In this document: in pieces, positions 50,544 through 63,867 of the stretch
How positions within the stretch are numbered: position 1 is the stretch's first letter
Layout: the number at the start of each line of letters is the position of its first letter
Assembly (NCBI GenBank): GCA_951406725.2
Contig: OX597816.1
Coordinates: forward strand, 23,870,001 to 23,934,000
Direction: 5' to 3'
DNA: 64,000 nucleotides
Source of the DNA: Octopus vulgaris
Taxonomy: Eukaryota
Notes under the pieces: model-generated
The model's input: the letters and a program-made list of their open reading frames with translations, nothing else
What the model was told of the DNA's origin: nothing
The model's database searches: none
Translations under genes and position numbers: made by a program

Positions 50544-52006
50544 GAAATTTCCTATTACTTCGATTTCCCAAATTTATTGAATTCTTTTAACTCCAATTTC
50601 TCACAAATTTAAATATTCACTGCGTCCAGTTCATCACAAATTTAAATATTCAATGTATTCACTGCGGAGTATTCCATTTCTATTTGCAAAGTCTCTCACT
50701 TTCACTTTTAAGTTTTAATTAGCTATTAATGTATACATAATATAAAAAGATTATTTATTGAATGAAATTTTTTTTAAATACACGTATAATTTATGAACGC
50801 GGGATAACTGTGAAGAGAGCCTAGAAAGTTTGGTAATTACCATTAGAGGACGAGGAGAAAAAATACAAAAAGTTACCGACAAGTACTCGAAACTTGCACC
50901 TTATTCACAGTTTCCAAACACAACTTTAACAGTGACACACACAAACAAACCAATACACACACGCGCACACACATAGATAACATACACACAAATGAAAAGC
51001 AATGTGTGTGTGTGTGTGCTGTTCACTGACAAAACTTCGTGCTGAACCACTTTTGGGAAGTTTTGTCAGCGAATACTTCGCGGTTTCAAAGCGACGAAAA
51101 TATTTTGAAACAAATGAAGTTTTAATGTTGAAGTAAAACTAATGGTATTTGTGTGTTCTTGAATGGTTTACAAACATCTTCCACGCTGCAATTGTTTTTG
51201 TTTCAGCACACAATCTCAGATCAAGTCACTTGCTATGCAAGTACAGCTCTGTAACTTTTTTTAAATCACTGAAGATAAATGCCAACAATGCTCTTCTCAG
51301 GCTCTCTAATTGCTTCTAAACAGAAACAATCAGGGCGGGAAGTGGGGTTGGAAAAAATTCATAATTTCTCAAATTTTCTTTTTTATAGCATATATTTATG
51401 GGGGAAAATATAGGAAAACATCAATAGTTGAGAGAGTGGTACAGAAACGAGGAGGGTTTCTTTGGATGTGTTAAAAACAACAGCCGAATCGCCCTTAAAT
51501 CACTTTTCCCTCTGAAAATATTAACAATTTATTTTTTTATTTTTTACCGAAAATGCTCTTCCCATGGTTTTGAAGTGCAAAAAAAAAAATGGCCAAAACC
51601 TTTTCATACAAAGGCTGTGGTTTTAAAAAAATCGGGAAAATACCCGAAAGAATTTCCCCCATAAATTTCTTCATAATACTAATCTATGCCATTTGAAAGG
51701 GATTTGTATAAATTTTCATTGAAAGATAACCGTCTTCCTGAAAGTTATGAGTGAAAAAAGTCAGATCATGTGAATTTTCTGAAATTCCTCTCACCACCTC
51801 CTCGCAAAAATTCTATCCCATAAATCCCTATATACTCTGAAGCTACAACATCTAAGCGGTATTGGTAGAAAATTTTGTTAAAAAGTATCCATTTTTCTGA
51901 ATGTTATGAGGCAACAAAGTCGGGGGCGTATACATCTGTAGTAAGGCTCTTTTATTTATACGATTTTTTCATTTCGTGTTTATTTCATACATTGTTTGCA
52001 ATGTTT

Positions 52007-52090
<84 letters not shown>

Positions 52091-52559
52091 GGCAAAGCTT
52101 ACGACGGGCTGCTGAATTGAAATCTCTATGCTGCTTTGAGGGGAAGGTAAAACTTGACAAACAGCTTCTCCCTCTGTTGTTGGACTACCGTGATTTTTGT
52201 TTAAAAAAAGAGATTATAACTGGGATAATATAATGAAAGATCGTGAGTTCAATTCCCGGCGACGCGTTGTGTCCTTGAGCAAGACACTTTATTTCACGTT
52301 GCTCCAGTCCACTCAACTGGCAAAAATGAGTAGTACCTGTATTTCAAAGGGCCAGCAGTCTTCTCACACTCTGTGTCATGTTGAATCTCCCTGAGAACTA
52401 CGTTGATGGTACACGTGTCTGTGGAGTGCTCAGCCACTTGCACGTTAATTTCACGAGCAAGCTGTTCTGTTGATTGTATCAGCTGGGACCCTCGTCGTCG
52501 TAACCGACGGAGTGCTCCTTATAATATATATACAATACGACGTATTATATATATATAAC

Positions 52560-52730
52560 GGGAAGGTTTACGAAAATAAACAAAAGACGAAGGCAGGTGG
52601 AGTACAAACAAACAAATGTATTAGTATGGCGCTCAGGAATAGAAATAGAACAAGTCTTTTACGTTTCGAGCCTACGCTCTTCGACAGAAATATACACAGA
52701 CAAAAAAACAAGGAGAGAAACAAAGAGAGA
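52560..52730 (-). mobile_element. Penelope-like terminal repeat fragment
   Basis: Reverse complement GTCGAAGAGCGTAGGCTCGAAACGTAAAAGAC. Confidence 0.6.
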
Positions 52731-53723
52731 AAAAAAAATGCGTGTAGGAGCAAACGATCTATCATTGCGTTATATAATACGTCGAGCCTCTTTCAGTTTC
52801 TGTCTACCAAACTCGCTCACAAAGCTTTGGTCGGCCCGAAGCCATAGTAGAAGACACTTGCCCAAGATAGCACGCAGTGGGACTGAACCTGGAACCATGT
52901 GTTTGGTAAGCAAGCTACTTACCACACAGCCATTCATGCGCCTTGTGTACATTTTTCTTTTTCTTTTTTTCTTTTTTGTAATATTATTTATATAACTACT
53001 TCTCCAACAACTGTATTTTTGTCAGGGTGTTTAAGTAAAAGCGGTGTTTGCGTTACAGCTGTTGAGGCGAAGGTGCTGATGTGTGTGTATATAGGGTACC
53101 ATGTGTTGGTATTTGTACGGTGTGCATGTAATGTCGATGGTAGTATGATGGTGCTTGCGAGGTGTATTCAAAAAGCATTTGTTTATGTGTAAATGTATAA
53201 ATATATGGGTATTTATAAGTGGTACACATACAGCGGTGATGATAATGATGATGACGACAATGATGACGACGACGGCGGCGATGATGACGACGGCGTCGAT
53301 GAAGACGACGACGGTGATGATGGTTTATGGGTATCTAGCACTACATTTTACAACAAGTCCTTCACTTCTCAAGATGATTGGATGTCATATGAATGAAATT
53401 TGACTGCTATTTCTAGCAAGTCGAGAGACTATATAGAGACTTCTTACCTGTTTGCTCCAGTAAGCGTGAAGCATAAGAGTAGTACCTTGTTGTGTGGTAT
53501 GGTGTGGTGTGGTGTGTGTGGGTGTGTGTGTGTATGTGTGTGTGTGTGTGCGTGCGTGCTTCTTGTTGTTGTAGTGGAGGTCGTGTAACACTGGGTCGGC
53601 CCTGATGGAGCAGAGAGACACATGATCAAGAACATTCCATCTATGGCCACCCCTGCGTTTCTGGATGTGCAAGGAATACACAATCATATTATATGACATT
53701 ATAAGATAGAGAGAGAAGGGGGG

Positions 53724-53785
<62 letters not shown>

Positions 53786-53789
53786 GCAG

Positions 53790-53998
53790 AGAGAGAGAGA
53801 CGAACAGAGAAAGAGAGACGAATAGAGAGAGAGAGAGAGACGAACAGAGAGAGAGAAAGAGAGAGACGAACAGAGAGAGACGAACAGAGAGAGACGAACA
53901 GAGAGAGAGGGAGAGACGAACAGAGAGAAAGATAACAGAGAAAGAGAGAGACGAACAGAGAGAGAGAGAGAGACGAACAGAAAGAGAGAGAGGGGAAC

Positions 53999-54000
<2 letters not shown>
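53790..54000. repeat. Minisatellite GACGAACA(GA)n
   Basis: About 9 variable-length units. Confidence 0.85.
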
Positions 54001-54029
<29 letters not shown>

Positions 54030-54031
<2 letters not shown>

Positions 54032-55231
54032 TGTTTCTTTATTAGCCACACAGGGCTGCACACAGACAGAACAAATTACAAGGTAGAGCTTTTCTTTTGA
54101 AGGTTTAAAAAAAAAAAAAAAAAAATGGAAGGGGGAGTTTCGATCAAAAGGGATCGTAAAAGGAGAGAAAGAGGACAAAAAAAAGGGGGGTTATATTTCT
54201 TTTTTTTTTTTTGCAAATAAGCAACTCTCTGTTTTCAATTTCTGGGTTCATAGGATCATGCTCAAGGTGGCTTCGTCATTCATACGTGCCATTCTTGCTA
54301 CATTCACCCATCTTTTTTTAAAACATTCGCTAGACAAAACTTGCCTCTCTACTCTCACTTTCCTTTTCAAGTGGTACTTGAAGAAGTTGATGAGAGATTG
54401 ACCAGAGAGGAAAGTGTTTGTCTCCAATCCTTTCAGACGCGTCCACCAGATACATTCTTTCGCCATAGCCACAAGGATGATGAAAATAGCTCTTCCTTCC
54501 CGTTTGAAGGAGGGAGGCGTGACAATATTAACGATAGACTCAGCTGATAAACCGACTCGTCCCACACGTGACAGCAGTTGTTCGACACAAGCCCACAGGT
54601 CGGAAATTGTTGGACACTGCACGAGTGCGTGCAGAACGGTTTCGTCGCTCTGACCGCATCTCGGGCAGGTCGGCCCCGTGTTTCTCGAGCCGTGTCTGTA
54701 GAGCTTATCCCGAACGGGTAGCGCTTCTCGGTAGCACTGCCAGGCCAGGGATCTCTGGAAGTTGTCCATGGGCCCTGGCCCGAAAGTCGTCCTGAACAGG
54801 CGGGTCAGGTACTCCTCGTCGACGTCCAGGTTCGCCCCGAGCTCGTCGTCGTACCTCCCCTCCACTAAACCCCTATAGAATGCTTTGGTTGTGTTGAAGT
54901 CACTCAAGGTTGACCCAGGACGGCAGAGTTGCTTGAGAGCAACGCGACACTCGCGGTGCCATTCGCCCTTCTTCGGCCTCTTTTTGATCCACGACTGCAG
55001 TTCGGTCATGGAGACGAGCTGCGGGAAAGCGTGCCTCACAAACGGCGACCACACCTGTTCACCGTCGTCTACATAGAGCCAGAGATGTCGCAGTCTCAGC
55101 GCGTGTCTGCGCATCATCAACCACGGCATGCCCAGCCCTCCTTTTAACGGGTGTTGACAGCAAATGGATCGCCTGACCATCGGGACGCATCCTTTCCACA
55201 AGAAGCGAAAGAGAATGCGTTGTAGTTTGGT

Positions 55232-55232
<1 letters not shown>
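54030..55232 (-). mobile_element. 5'-truncated Tx1/L1-clade LINE flanked by (GATA)n on both sides
   Basis: Open frame ITKLQRILFRFLWKG...GGLGMP...zf-RVT CPRCGQSDETVLHALVQC to stop at 54248; 3'UTR ends AATAAAGAAACAT(ATCT)n. Confidence 0.9.
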
Positions 55233-55320
<88 letters not shown>

Positions 55321-55654
55321 AGACACACGTACGATGTGCTTCTGAATAGTTTCCATCAATAAACTCACTCAAAAACTATTGGTTTGTTCTGGGCTATGAC
55401 AGAGGACATTTTTTCCCCCAAGGCTCTGTACATAGGGACTGAACCCAGAACCATACGACTGCTAACGCAAACCAATCCTTCTTAACTACACAAGCAGACC
55501 TGTAAAAGCTGTGCTGTTTATGTTTGCCAATTCCGTTTATTCCTTCGTTCTTTTATATCTTTCTGATTCTCGTCTTGTCCTCGCATAATCTATTTCGAGG
55601 TTCAAAGACGATAAGACGAAAGCTGGATATATTATTACTCGCGCACTCGCAACT

Positions 55655-55727
<73 letters not shown>

Positions 55728-55891
55728 GATCTCAGATTTAGAAAGGCATTGTTGATTTATGGTTTTATCATCAATCTATCTTTTTTTTTTTTTTCGTTTC
55801 TCATTCTTCTCATATTGTATGTTGTTTCTTCGCATATCAGGTCACCATGACTTGCCTTCAACAGCTGTTTTGGGCGCTTTCTACAGGATTT

Positions 55892-55990
<99 letters not shown>

Positions 55991-56063
55991 TTACTACTAA
56001 TAATAATAAATAAATAATCATAATAATCATAATAATAATAGTAATATTACTTATTATTATTAT

Positions 56064-56620
56064 TGAGTGAGAGAGCAGTGCATGCCATCAAAGTGACACT
56101 GGGGTAAAATATACGAAGCCCAGTATACCCATCATGACTACCCATGGGATAAGGGTACACTAGGCACATGCATCACAACCATATGTGCGCGACATGGTGA
56201 TCTCATATCAAGATAAACAGCACATAACCTTGCAGGTGGGGCCCATTTAGAATTTTCTTCTGGTCGAGTAGCCAATCCCATTCAAAAGGTCCCTGAATAA
56301 GGGTTGTTTAAGGATGTTGAACGAACCACCCATGTTTCTAAAAGTGAATTATCCAAACCTCTAAGAATTCCTTTCAACACACGGCTATGATGCTCCCCCA
56401 CTACTTCTGCTCATGATCAGAGATGCACATATCGTCAGCCACTAAGGGACATGCTCTACTGGTTAAGGTCAAACAAATGACAAGCAAATCTGTAACATTG
56501 AGCAGAATATTTGCTGTAGCCCATCTTTTATACCAAGATAAAACAATGTACATGATAACACTTCCAATCAGTTAAGATGAGAAGCAATGAGAGCCACTGC
56601 CTGGTACTGCATCAAGGCCT
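56064..56620. mobile_element. Unclassified element of about 555 bp inserted in (TTA)n
   Basis: Complex non-coding sequence with sharp borders between two (TTA)n tracts; no TIRs. Confidence 0.5.
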
Positions 56621-56643
56621 TTTACTTATTATTATTATTATTA

Positions 56644-56701
<58 letters not shown>

Positions 56702-56821
56702 CTTTTCGGGATCGATAAACTAAGTACCACTGAAACACTGGGGTCGACGTAATCGACTAGTCTCCTCCCGCCAAATTTCAGGCTTTGTGCCTTTAATAGG
56801 AAGGATTATTATTATTATTAT

Positions 56822-56865
<44 letters not shown>

Positions 56866-57852
56866 TTACGAAGGCGGCGAGCTGTCAAAATCGTTACCAA
56901 GAAAAACAAAATACTTAAAGACATTTCGCCTGTCTTTACGTTCTGAGTTATTATCGATTTCATTCAGCGAGCGTGACCATGCTGGGGCACCGCTATTAAA
57001 AAGTTATCATTACTGCTGCTGTTTTGTTTTTGTTGGTTTCTATATTATTGCTAATTTTTAATATATGGAGGGAACCCGAAGATACTGAGTGAGGGTCCGC
57101 GCCGGCAACACTGATAATTAAAATGCAACAGAATTTATATGGACCAGTAAGTTTAACTGGCACAAGGAGAGGGAAAATAGAATATTTAAAAATAATTTGC
57201 TTTCAGTCTGGACTTCCTACCTGTTGTACAGCGTATGTGCGAGGGAGTGAAAATCGAGACAAAATAAAGTAAACCAAAAGAAGGCGTAAGGCACAAAGCT
57301 TCAAACACAAAGAGGAGAGAGTTAGAAAAACTGGAAGCAGAATGAAAGGGAAGAGTGTGAGATTGGAAAATGTTCCTATTCTAGTAGGGAGTATCATGAA
57401 ATCTAATGTTGAAGCATTTGGGCTTACACAAGCAAGTTGAGTTTAGTTCATTCTTTTTTATATTTATTTATCTATTTATTTATTTATTTATTTATCTGTT
57501 TATCTATATGAAACTGAGATATGCTTGGCGGATGATGAGGAATTTCTCTGTGAGACAAAGATCACAGCTCTTTAATCCGTTCTTAAATGCTTACGATCTG
57601 TTTAAGACAACCGATGGGATATTATTTTCCCTAATGTTTTTCACATATGCGTGTATGCATGTGTGTGTGTGTGTGTGTGTGCATTTATGTATGCATGTAT
57701 GAATGTAGGTGTGTAAGTATGAATAAATGAATGAATGCACATATGTATGTAGGATGGGAACGCAAATAGGTTGAGAGGAATGTATGTACGTGTGGCTGTG
57801 TGGTACCGTGTGCAAGCGTCTCTTATTATACCCTCTGGTCGACCAAAGCCTT

Positions 57853-58726
57853 ACTGAATGGCACGAGGAACATTCTAGTGCAGTTGAACATCTTATCAGG
57901 CCACCATAGTCCCCAGATCTCAATATTATTGAACATTTATGGTGCATTTTAGAAAAACAAGTAAAGAGTCGATATAGCGCCCCGGATCATCACAGATCCT
58001 CTTCCATGTTTAACACTTGGAAGTAGGCCGTGTGGGTCAAATGCCTCTTTTGGCTGTCTCCACACATTTTCTCGGCCGGTGGTCGGAAACAAGGTAAAAG
58101 ATGACTCGTCAGAGAAAATAACATTCTTTCACTGCTCTAGGGACCAATTCCGTAGGTTTTTACCCGACTCTAAACGCTTTGCAACGTTTATTTTTGAAAG
58201 TAGTGGTTTTCTGATTGCAGCCCTTCCGTGAAATCCGGTTTTATGCAGCTCCCGGCGAACAGTTTTTGTGGAAACTGGGTTTTCGAGGTGGTCATTAAGC
58301 TCTGTAGTAATTTGGGGAGCTGTACTTTTGTGATCCTTTCTAACAATTTGCATAAGAATCCGACGATCCCTATCTGAATGCTTTTGTTTTCTTCCGGAGT
58401 TTTGTTTCAGCGAGGTTTTTTCCCTCTCTCTCAAAGGCTGTCATTACCAAACATTTTGAATGTTTTTCATTACGCTAGCGCCTGCCATACGAGCACCAAC
58501 AATTTGACCTCTTTGAAAGTCCGATAGATCTGTCATTTTAATGACTTTTAATTACCTTTTTCTGATGATATCTGAAACGAAGCAGCAATTTTATCAAACA
58601 TATTAAGCAACACTAATAATATATAAAAAAAACATAAAAACAAACAAGCTTTTTGGCGGTCTTATAGATATTTCAAACTTATGATACTGTGATGCTAGGT
58701 GTTTCCTTCATTTTGTCCAACTCCTG
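57853..58726 (-). mobile_element. Rearranged Tc1-like transposon
   Basis: TIR TA|CAGGAGTTGGACAAAA; MTDLSDFQRGQIVGAR and TVRRELHKTGFHGRAAIRKPLLS on minus; PP*SPDLNIIEHLW on plus at 57853-57975. Confidence 0.88.
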
Positions 58727-58739
58727 TACATACAGTTCT

Positions 58740-59131
58740 ATGTATGTGTGTCTTTGTGTCTGTGTTTGTCCCCCAGCACCGCTTGACAACCAGTGTTGGT
58801 ATATTTACGTCCCCGTAACTTAGCAGCTCGACAAAAGAAACTGATAGAATAAGTACTAGGCTTTACATTTAAAAAGTAAGTCTTAGGATCGATTTATTCG
58901 TCTAAAACCCTTCCAGGCAGTGCTCCAGCATGGTCGCAGTCAAATGACTGAAACGTGTAAAAGATGAAAGGCGTAGGAGTGGCTGTGTGGTAAGTAGCTT
59001 GCTTACGAACCACATGGGTCCGGGTTCAGTCCCACAGCCTGGCATCTTGGGCAAGTGTCTTCTGCTATAGCCTCGGGCCGACCAATGCCTTGTGAGTGGA
59101 TTTGGCAGACGGAAACTGAAAGAAGCCCGTC

Positions 59132-59181
<50 letters not shown>

Positions 59182-59412
59182 GTATATGTATGTGTGTGTG
59201 TATGTTTATATTCTGTGTTTATCCCCCCAACATCGCTTGACAACCGATGCTGGTGTGTTTACGTCCCCGTAACTTAGCGGTTCGGCAAAAAGGGTCCGAT
59301 AGAATAAGTACTAGGCTTACAAAGAATAAGTCCTGGGGTCGATTTGCTCGACTAAAAGGTGGTACTCCAGCATGGTCGCAGTCAAATGACTGAAAGAAGT
59401 AAAAGATGAAAG
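58740..59412 (+). mobile_element. Family A SINE 3' half followed by a full family A SINE (58968-59412)
   Basis: AAAGATGAAAG flanks the second copy on both sides. Confidence 0.88.
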
Positions 59413-59678
59413 ATTAATGACAGGTAAATGTTATTCTGTGAGTGAATTTATATCTTTATTTATCTACCTGTACATATACACATGTTTGTATGTCTATACA
59501 CGCGGATATAGATACATACTACAGGTTAAACTCTTGGGAGGTTTACATATATTCACAGTTTTATTAATGACTTATAATTGAAATTTCCTAATTAGCCGTG
59601 TCCGGTTTTGTGAAAACTTGCTATTCAAGATGGATGCTAGATGAGATAATTAAATATGTATGTATGTATGTTTGTTTG

Positions 59679-59712
<34 letters not shown>

Positions 59713-60529
59713 TGTATGTATGTATGTATGTATGTATGTATGTATGTATGTATGTATGTATGTATGTGTGAACGTATGTATGTATAAATGTATGCAGGTA
59801 TGTGTATGTGTATGTATGTATGTATGTACTCTTTCACTACAACTTTCTCTCACTCTTTCTTCCTTCTTCTGCCACAAAGCAGAGGAACCATGGTGTAACC
59901 CACTATGGTGTGGTAAACTTTCAGACCCAAGTCTAGATTGCGAATCCTCTCTACCCCAGGATGGTTCAGCTCTCCACCCGTTAAAAGCCACCGTTTACGG
60001 AATGAGGATAACAACGTAGCTTTCGCGTCCGTGCAACCGCCAGTCTATCGCGTGTTGTGGGTGGATCTTCAAGTTGCCACACGGATTCTTAGTAGCTTAG
60101 AGTAGGCTCGAATTAGAGATTATTCTTTGTGGCTAATGGCATGAGTCCTGATTGGAAGAAGAAGAAAACATCATGACTCATCGGTAGATAAAACCGTGAT
60201 GACACTTTTGGACAACTGCTTATGCTGTGAGTGATATCTTTGGTGTTAACTCGTATGTATGTATGTATGTATGTATGTATGTATGTATGTATGTATGTAT
60301 GTATGTATGTATGTATGTATGTATGTATGTATGTATGAATGAAAGTAAATATTTTTTTGCGTGTGAAAGCGTTATATGTTGTCGAAATGTTTATTAAACG
60401 CTTTTGTAAACAATTTTCTGTATTAACGCCTTCTGCCTCTCTCTAATCAAAACACATGCCTGGTGTATACACACACAGAGGCGCGCGCACACACACGCAT
60501 ATATATATGCGTGTATGTTTGTGCGTGTA

Positions 60530-60856
60530 GTGAAGGTGCGTGGGTTAGTGGTTAGGGTATTTGGCTTATGATCATAATGTCATGAGTTCGATTCCTGATG
60601 GTGCGTTGTGTCCCTGAGCAAGATACTTTATTTCGCGTTGCTCCACTCAGCTGGCTAAATCTAGTAGTCCCTATTGTAATACAAAGGGCCGGCCTTGTAA
60701 CATTCGATCTCACGCTGAATCTCCCCGAGAACTACGCTAAGGGTACGCGTGTCTGTGGAGTGCTCAGCCATTTGCATGTTAATATCACGAGCAGACCGTT
60801 CCATTGATCGGATCAACTAGAACGCTCATCGTCGTAACTGACGGAATGCCAGTCAT
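60530..60856 (+). mobile_element. Family C SINE
   Basis: Homologous to 9826-10153. Confidence 0.85.
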
Positions 60857-61011
60857 TAAATGTGTCTGTGTGTGTGTGTGTGTGTGTGTGTCTGTGTGTG
60901 TTGTGTGTCTCTGTGTGTTATATAGAGAGAGGGGAGACAAATAAGTGAGCGTGTATATGTGTGTGTAGGTAACGTACACATACACATCCACGTATTTATG
61001 CATGTATACAA

Positions 61012-62274
61012 TTGGGTTGTCCGGAAAGTTCGTGCCGATTTTAAAGGAAAGAAAAAGGTCAATAAATACTTGCCGTTACATTTTTGATCAACCAAATATG
61101 AACCATTTTGTTGCACAATGCGCCTCCATCTTTCCTTTAACTTGAAAATACCCTCTTCCCAGAATTGAGGTGGCTTCGTGGCAAAGAATTCATCAAGGTA
61201 TCTTTTTACGTCATCCAAAGAATTGAAATTTTTACCATTAAGACAATTCTGCAGAGACCTGAATAAGTGGAAATCCGAAGGAGCAATATCTGGTGAATAT
61301 GGAGGGTGGAGTAACACATCCCAGCCGAGCTGCAGCAATTTTTGTCTGGTTCCCAAAGAAATGTGTAGTCTTGCATTATCATACTGGAAAACAACACCCT
61401 TCCTGTTGGCCAGTTTTGGACGTTTCTCTTGAATTGCTGCTTTTAACTGGTCCAGTTGTGTGCAGTATTTCTCAGAATTTCTGGTTGCTTGGGAGAAGCT
61501 CATAGTACAGAATTTCTCTCCAATCCCACCAGACACAAAGTAAGACATTTTTAGGGTGAAAACCCGCTTTTGGGGTGGCTAAGGGTGGCTCATGTCGCTT
61601 ACTCCAGGATCGCTTTCTCTGAACATTTCGGTAGATAATCCATTTCTCATCACCTGTCACAATTTGCTTTAAAAAAAGGTGCATTTTTATTCCGTTTCTA
61701 AAGAGAATCACAGATGAAAATGCGATCCAAAAGGTTCTTCTCACTCAACTTCTGTGGTACCCAAACATCGTAGCGATTTGTGTACCCAAGTTTTACCAGG
61801 TGCTCATGAACGACGGATTTTTACAGGTTGAGGCTTTCTGCCAATGCTCGGGTTGTGCAATGTGGGTTATTCTCAATTAATGACTTGATTTGGTCATCAT
61901 CTGTAGTTGATGGTCGGCTTGATCGCTCTTTATCAATAAGGCTACAATCTTCAGCTCGGAACCTTGCGAACCAGTTTCCATATAGTTCTTTCGGATAAAG
62001 AAACATCACCGTAAACTGCACATATTTCTTTGGTTGCTTGTGAGGCATTTTTCCCTTTACGGAAAAAGAAAAACATCAATGCCGAAAATGAACTTTCTTA
62101 TCTTCCATTTTAAAGGGTTACAGAATTAACACAGGTTATAGGAACATAAACCTTCTTCCACGAAAACAGCTTAAACTGTGCTCTAAATGTGGATGTAGTC
62201 AAAACCTATTTTATTGACTCAACCATGTTCTAAAATAAGTGGAAAGGTAAGCTACTATAAATCGGTCAACCCAA
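61012..62274 (-). mobile_element. Full-length but defective mariner (D,D34D)
   Basis: TIR TTGGGTTGTCCGGAAAGTTCGTGCCGATTT; other TIR internally deleted (AAATCGG|TCAACCCAA); ATG at 62108; IVTGDEKW, FQYDNAR, YSPDIAPSDFHLF; several frameshifts. Confidence 0.95.
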
Positions 62275-62386
62275 TACATATGTATGGATGTATGTATATC
62301 CGTATGTATGTATTTTCAGTTGAAAATTGACGTATGTACCTCAGTGTATGTATATACACATGTGTACATATATGAGTACATGCGTG

Positions 62387-62461
<75 letters not shown>

Positions 62462-62661
62462 GTAGGTAGGTAGGTAGGTAGGTAAGTAGGTAGGTAGGTA
62501 GGTAGGTAGGTAGGTATGTATGTAAGTATGTATGTATGTATGTATGTATGTATGTATGTATGTATGTATGTATGTATGTATGTATGTATGTATGCATGCA
62601 TGCATGCGCGTGCAAACATGTACATGTGTACTTGCTGAGAGATATTAAAGTTATTTTTAAC

Positions 62662-62808
62662 AGAATAAAAGGCGGTCAGTTACTAAGTAACAAAGCTTCC
62701 TTCTTTGAGTCAAGACATCTCCAGGCATTTCTGCATTCAAGAGTGTAGCTGCATGCGTGAGCATATGAATGTGAGTACTTATATGTAATGTGTGTGTGTG
62801 TATGTGTG

Positions 62809-62868
<60 letters not shown>

Positions 62869-63372
62869 CGCGTGTGTGTGCGTGTGTGTGTGTGCGTGTA
62901 CATACATGTGTATTCGTATGTGTGTATGTGTTTGTAATTGGTTTAACTATCAAACTCGGAATAGATAAATTTATAATTAATTCTTTCTACTAGAGGCACA
63001 GGGCCTCAAATTTGGGGGAAGGGATTAAGTCGATTGCATCGACCCCTGTGTGTAACTGGTTCTTATTTAATTGATCCCGAAAGGATGAAAGGCAAAGTCA
63101 ACCTTGGCGGAATTTGAACTCAGAACGTAGTGACGGACGAAATACCTATTTATATTTCTTTGCTACCCACAGAGAGGACAAACAAGGACAGACAAACGGA
63201 TTAAGCCGATTATATCGACCCCAGTGCGTAACTGGTACTTTATTTATCGACTCCGAGAGGATGAAAGGCAAAGTCGACCTCGGCGGAATTTGAACTCAGA
63301 ACGTAGCGGCAGACGAAATACGGCTAAGCATTTCGTCTGGCGTGCTAACGTTTCTGCCAGTTCGCCGCCTTA
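62662..63372. repeat. Duplicated segment, copy 2
   Basis: See 26049-26690. Confidence 0.9.
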
Positions 63373-63454
63373 GATTAATTTATAATTAATAGCAGTCGTG
63401 CTAAGAAGCTTGCTCATCAGTCACATGGTTCCGGGTTCAGTCCCACTGCGTGTC

Positions 63455-63860
63455 GATCAGAAGCTGGAGCGTGTCTGTTAGGGATCGGATATCAATAAGT
63501 CGAGTGACCCTTCTCTGAATGGAGTCCAAAATATACGCGTGCGAGGTAGCAATACCGTCCCTGATATAGGAGCAGTAAACCATTGTGGACCTCAATTGAG
63601 CTTTGTAGAATTTCAGTAGCTTTTGGGGGTTGGGATATTTCCTTACCCTGAAGGGAAGAACTAGTCTTTTGGTGTGATAGTAAAGACCATCATGTGGAGG
63701 GGCCATAGAGACCCTTACTGAGTCCCATTCATATTTAAGAGGGTGAGGTGAAGCGATACTTCCTTGATTTAAGTGACTTGAGTTTCCTTTACTTTTAAAA
63801 GAAACGGGGTAGCATGGCCTCCTTGAAAGGTGCCCTCAAGATGTCTTCGTTTATGGAATA
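63455..63860 (-). mobile_element. Old CR1/L2/Jockey-type LINE remnant
   Basis: YKAQLRSTMVYCSY...LDSIQRRVTRLI. Confidence 0.7.
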
Positions 63861-63867
63861 GGCACAT

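Noticed and set aside
59870-60185. Possible HERO-like LINE 3' remnant on the minus strand
   Set aside because: Only faint motifs (GWRA, GRGF); too decayed to call
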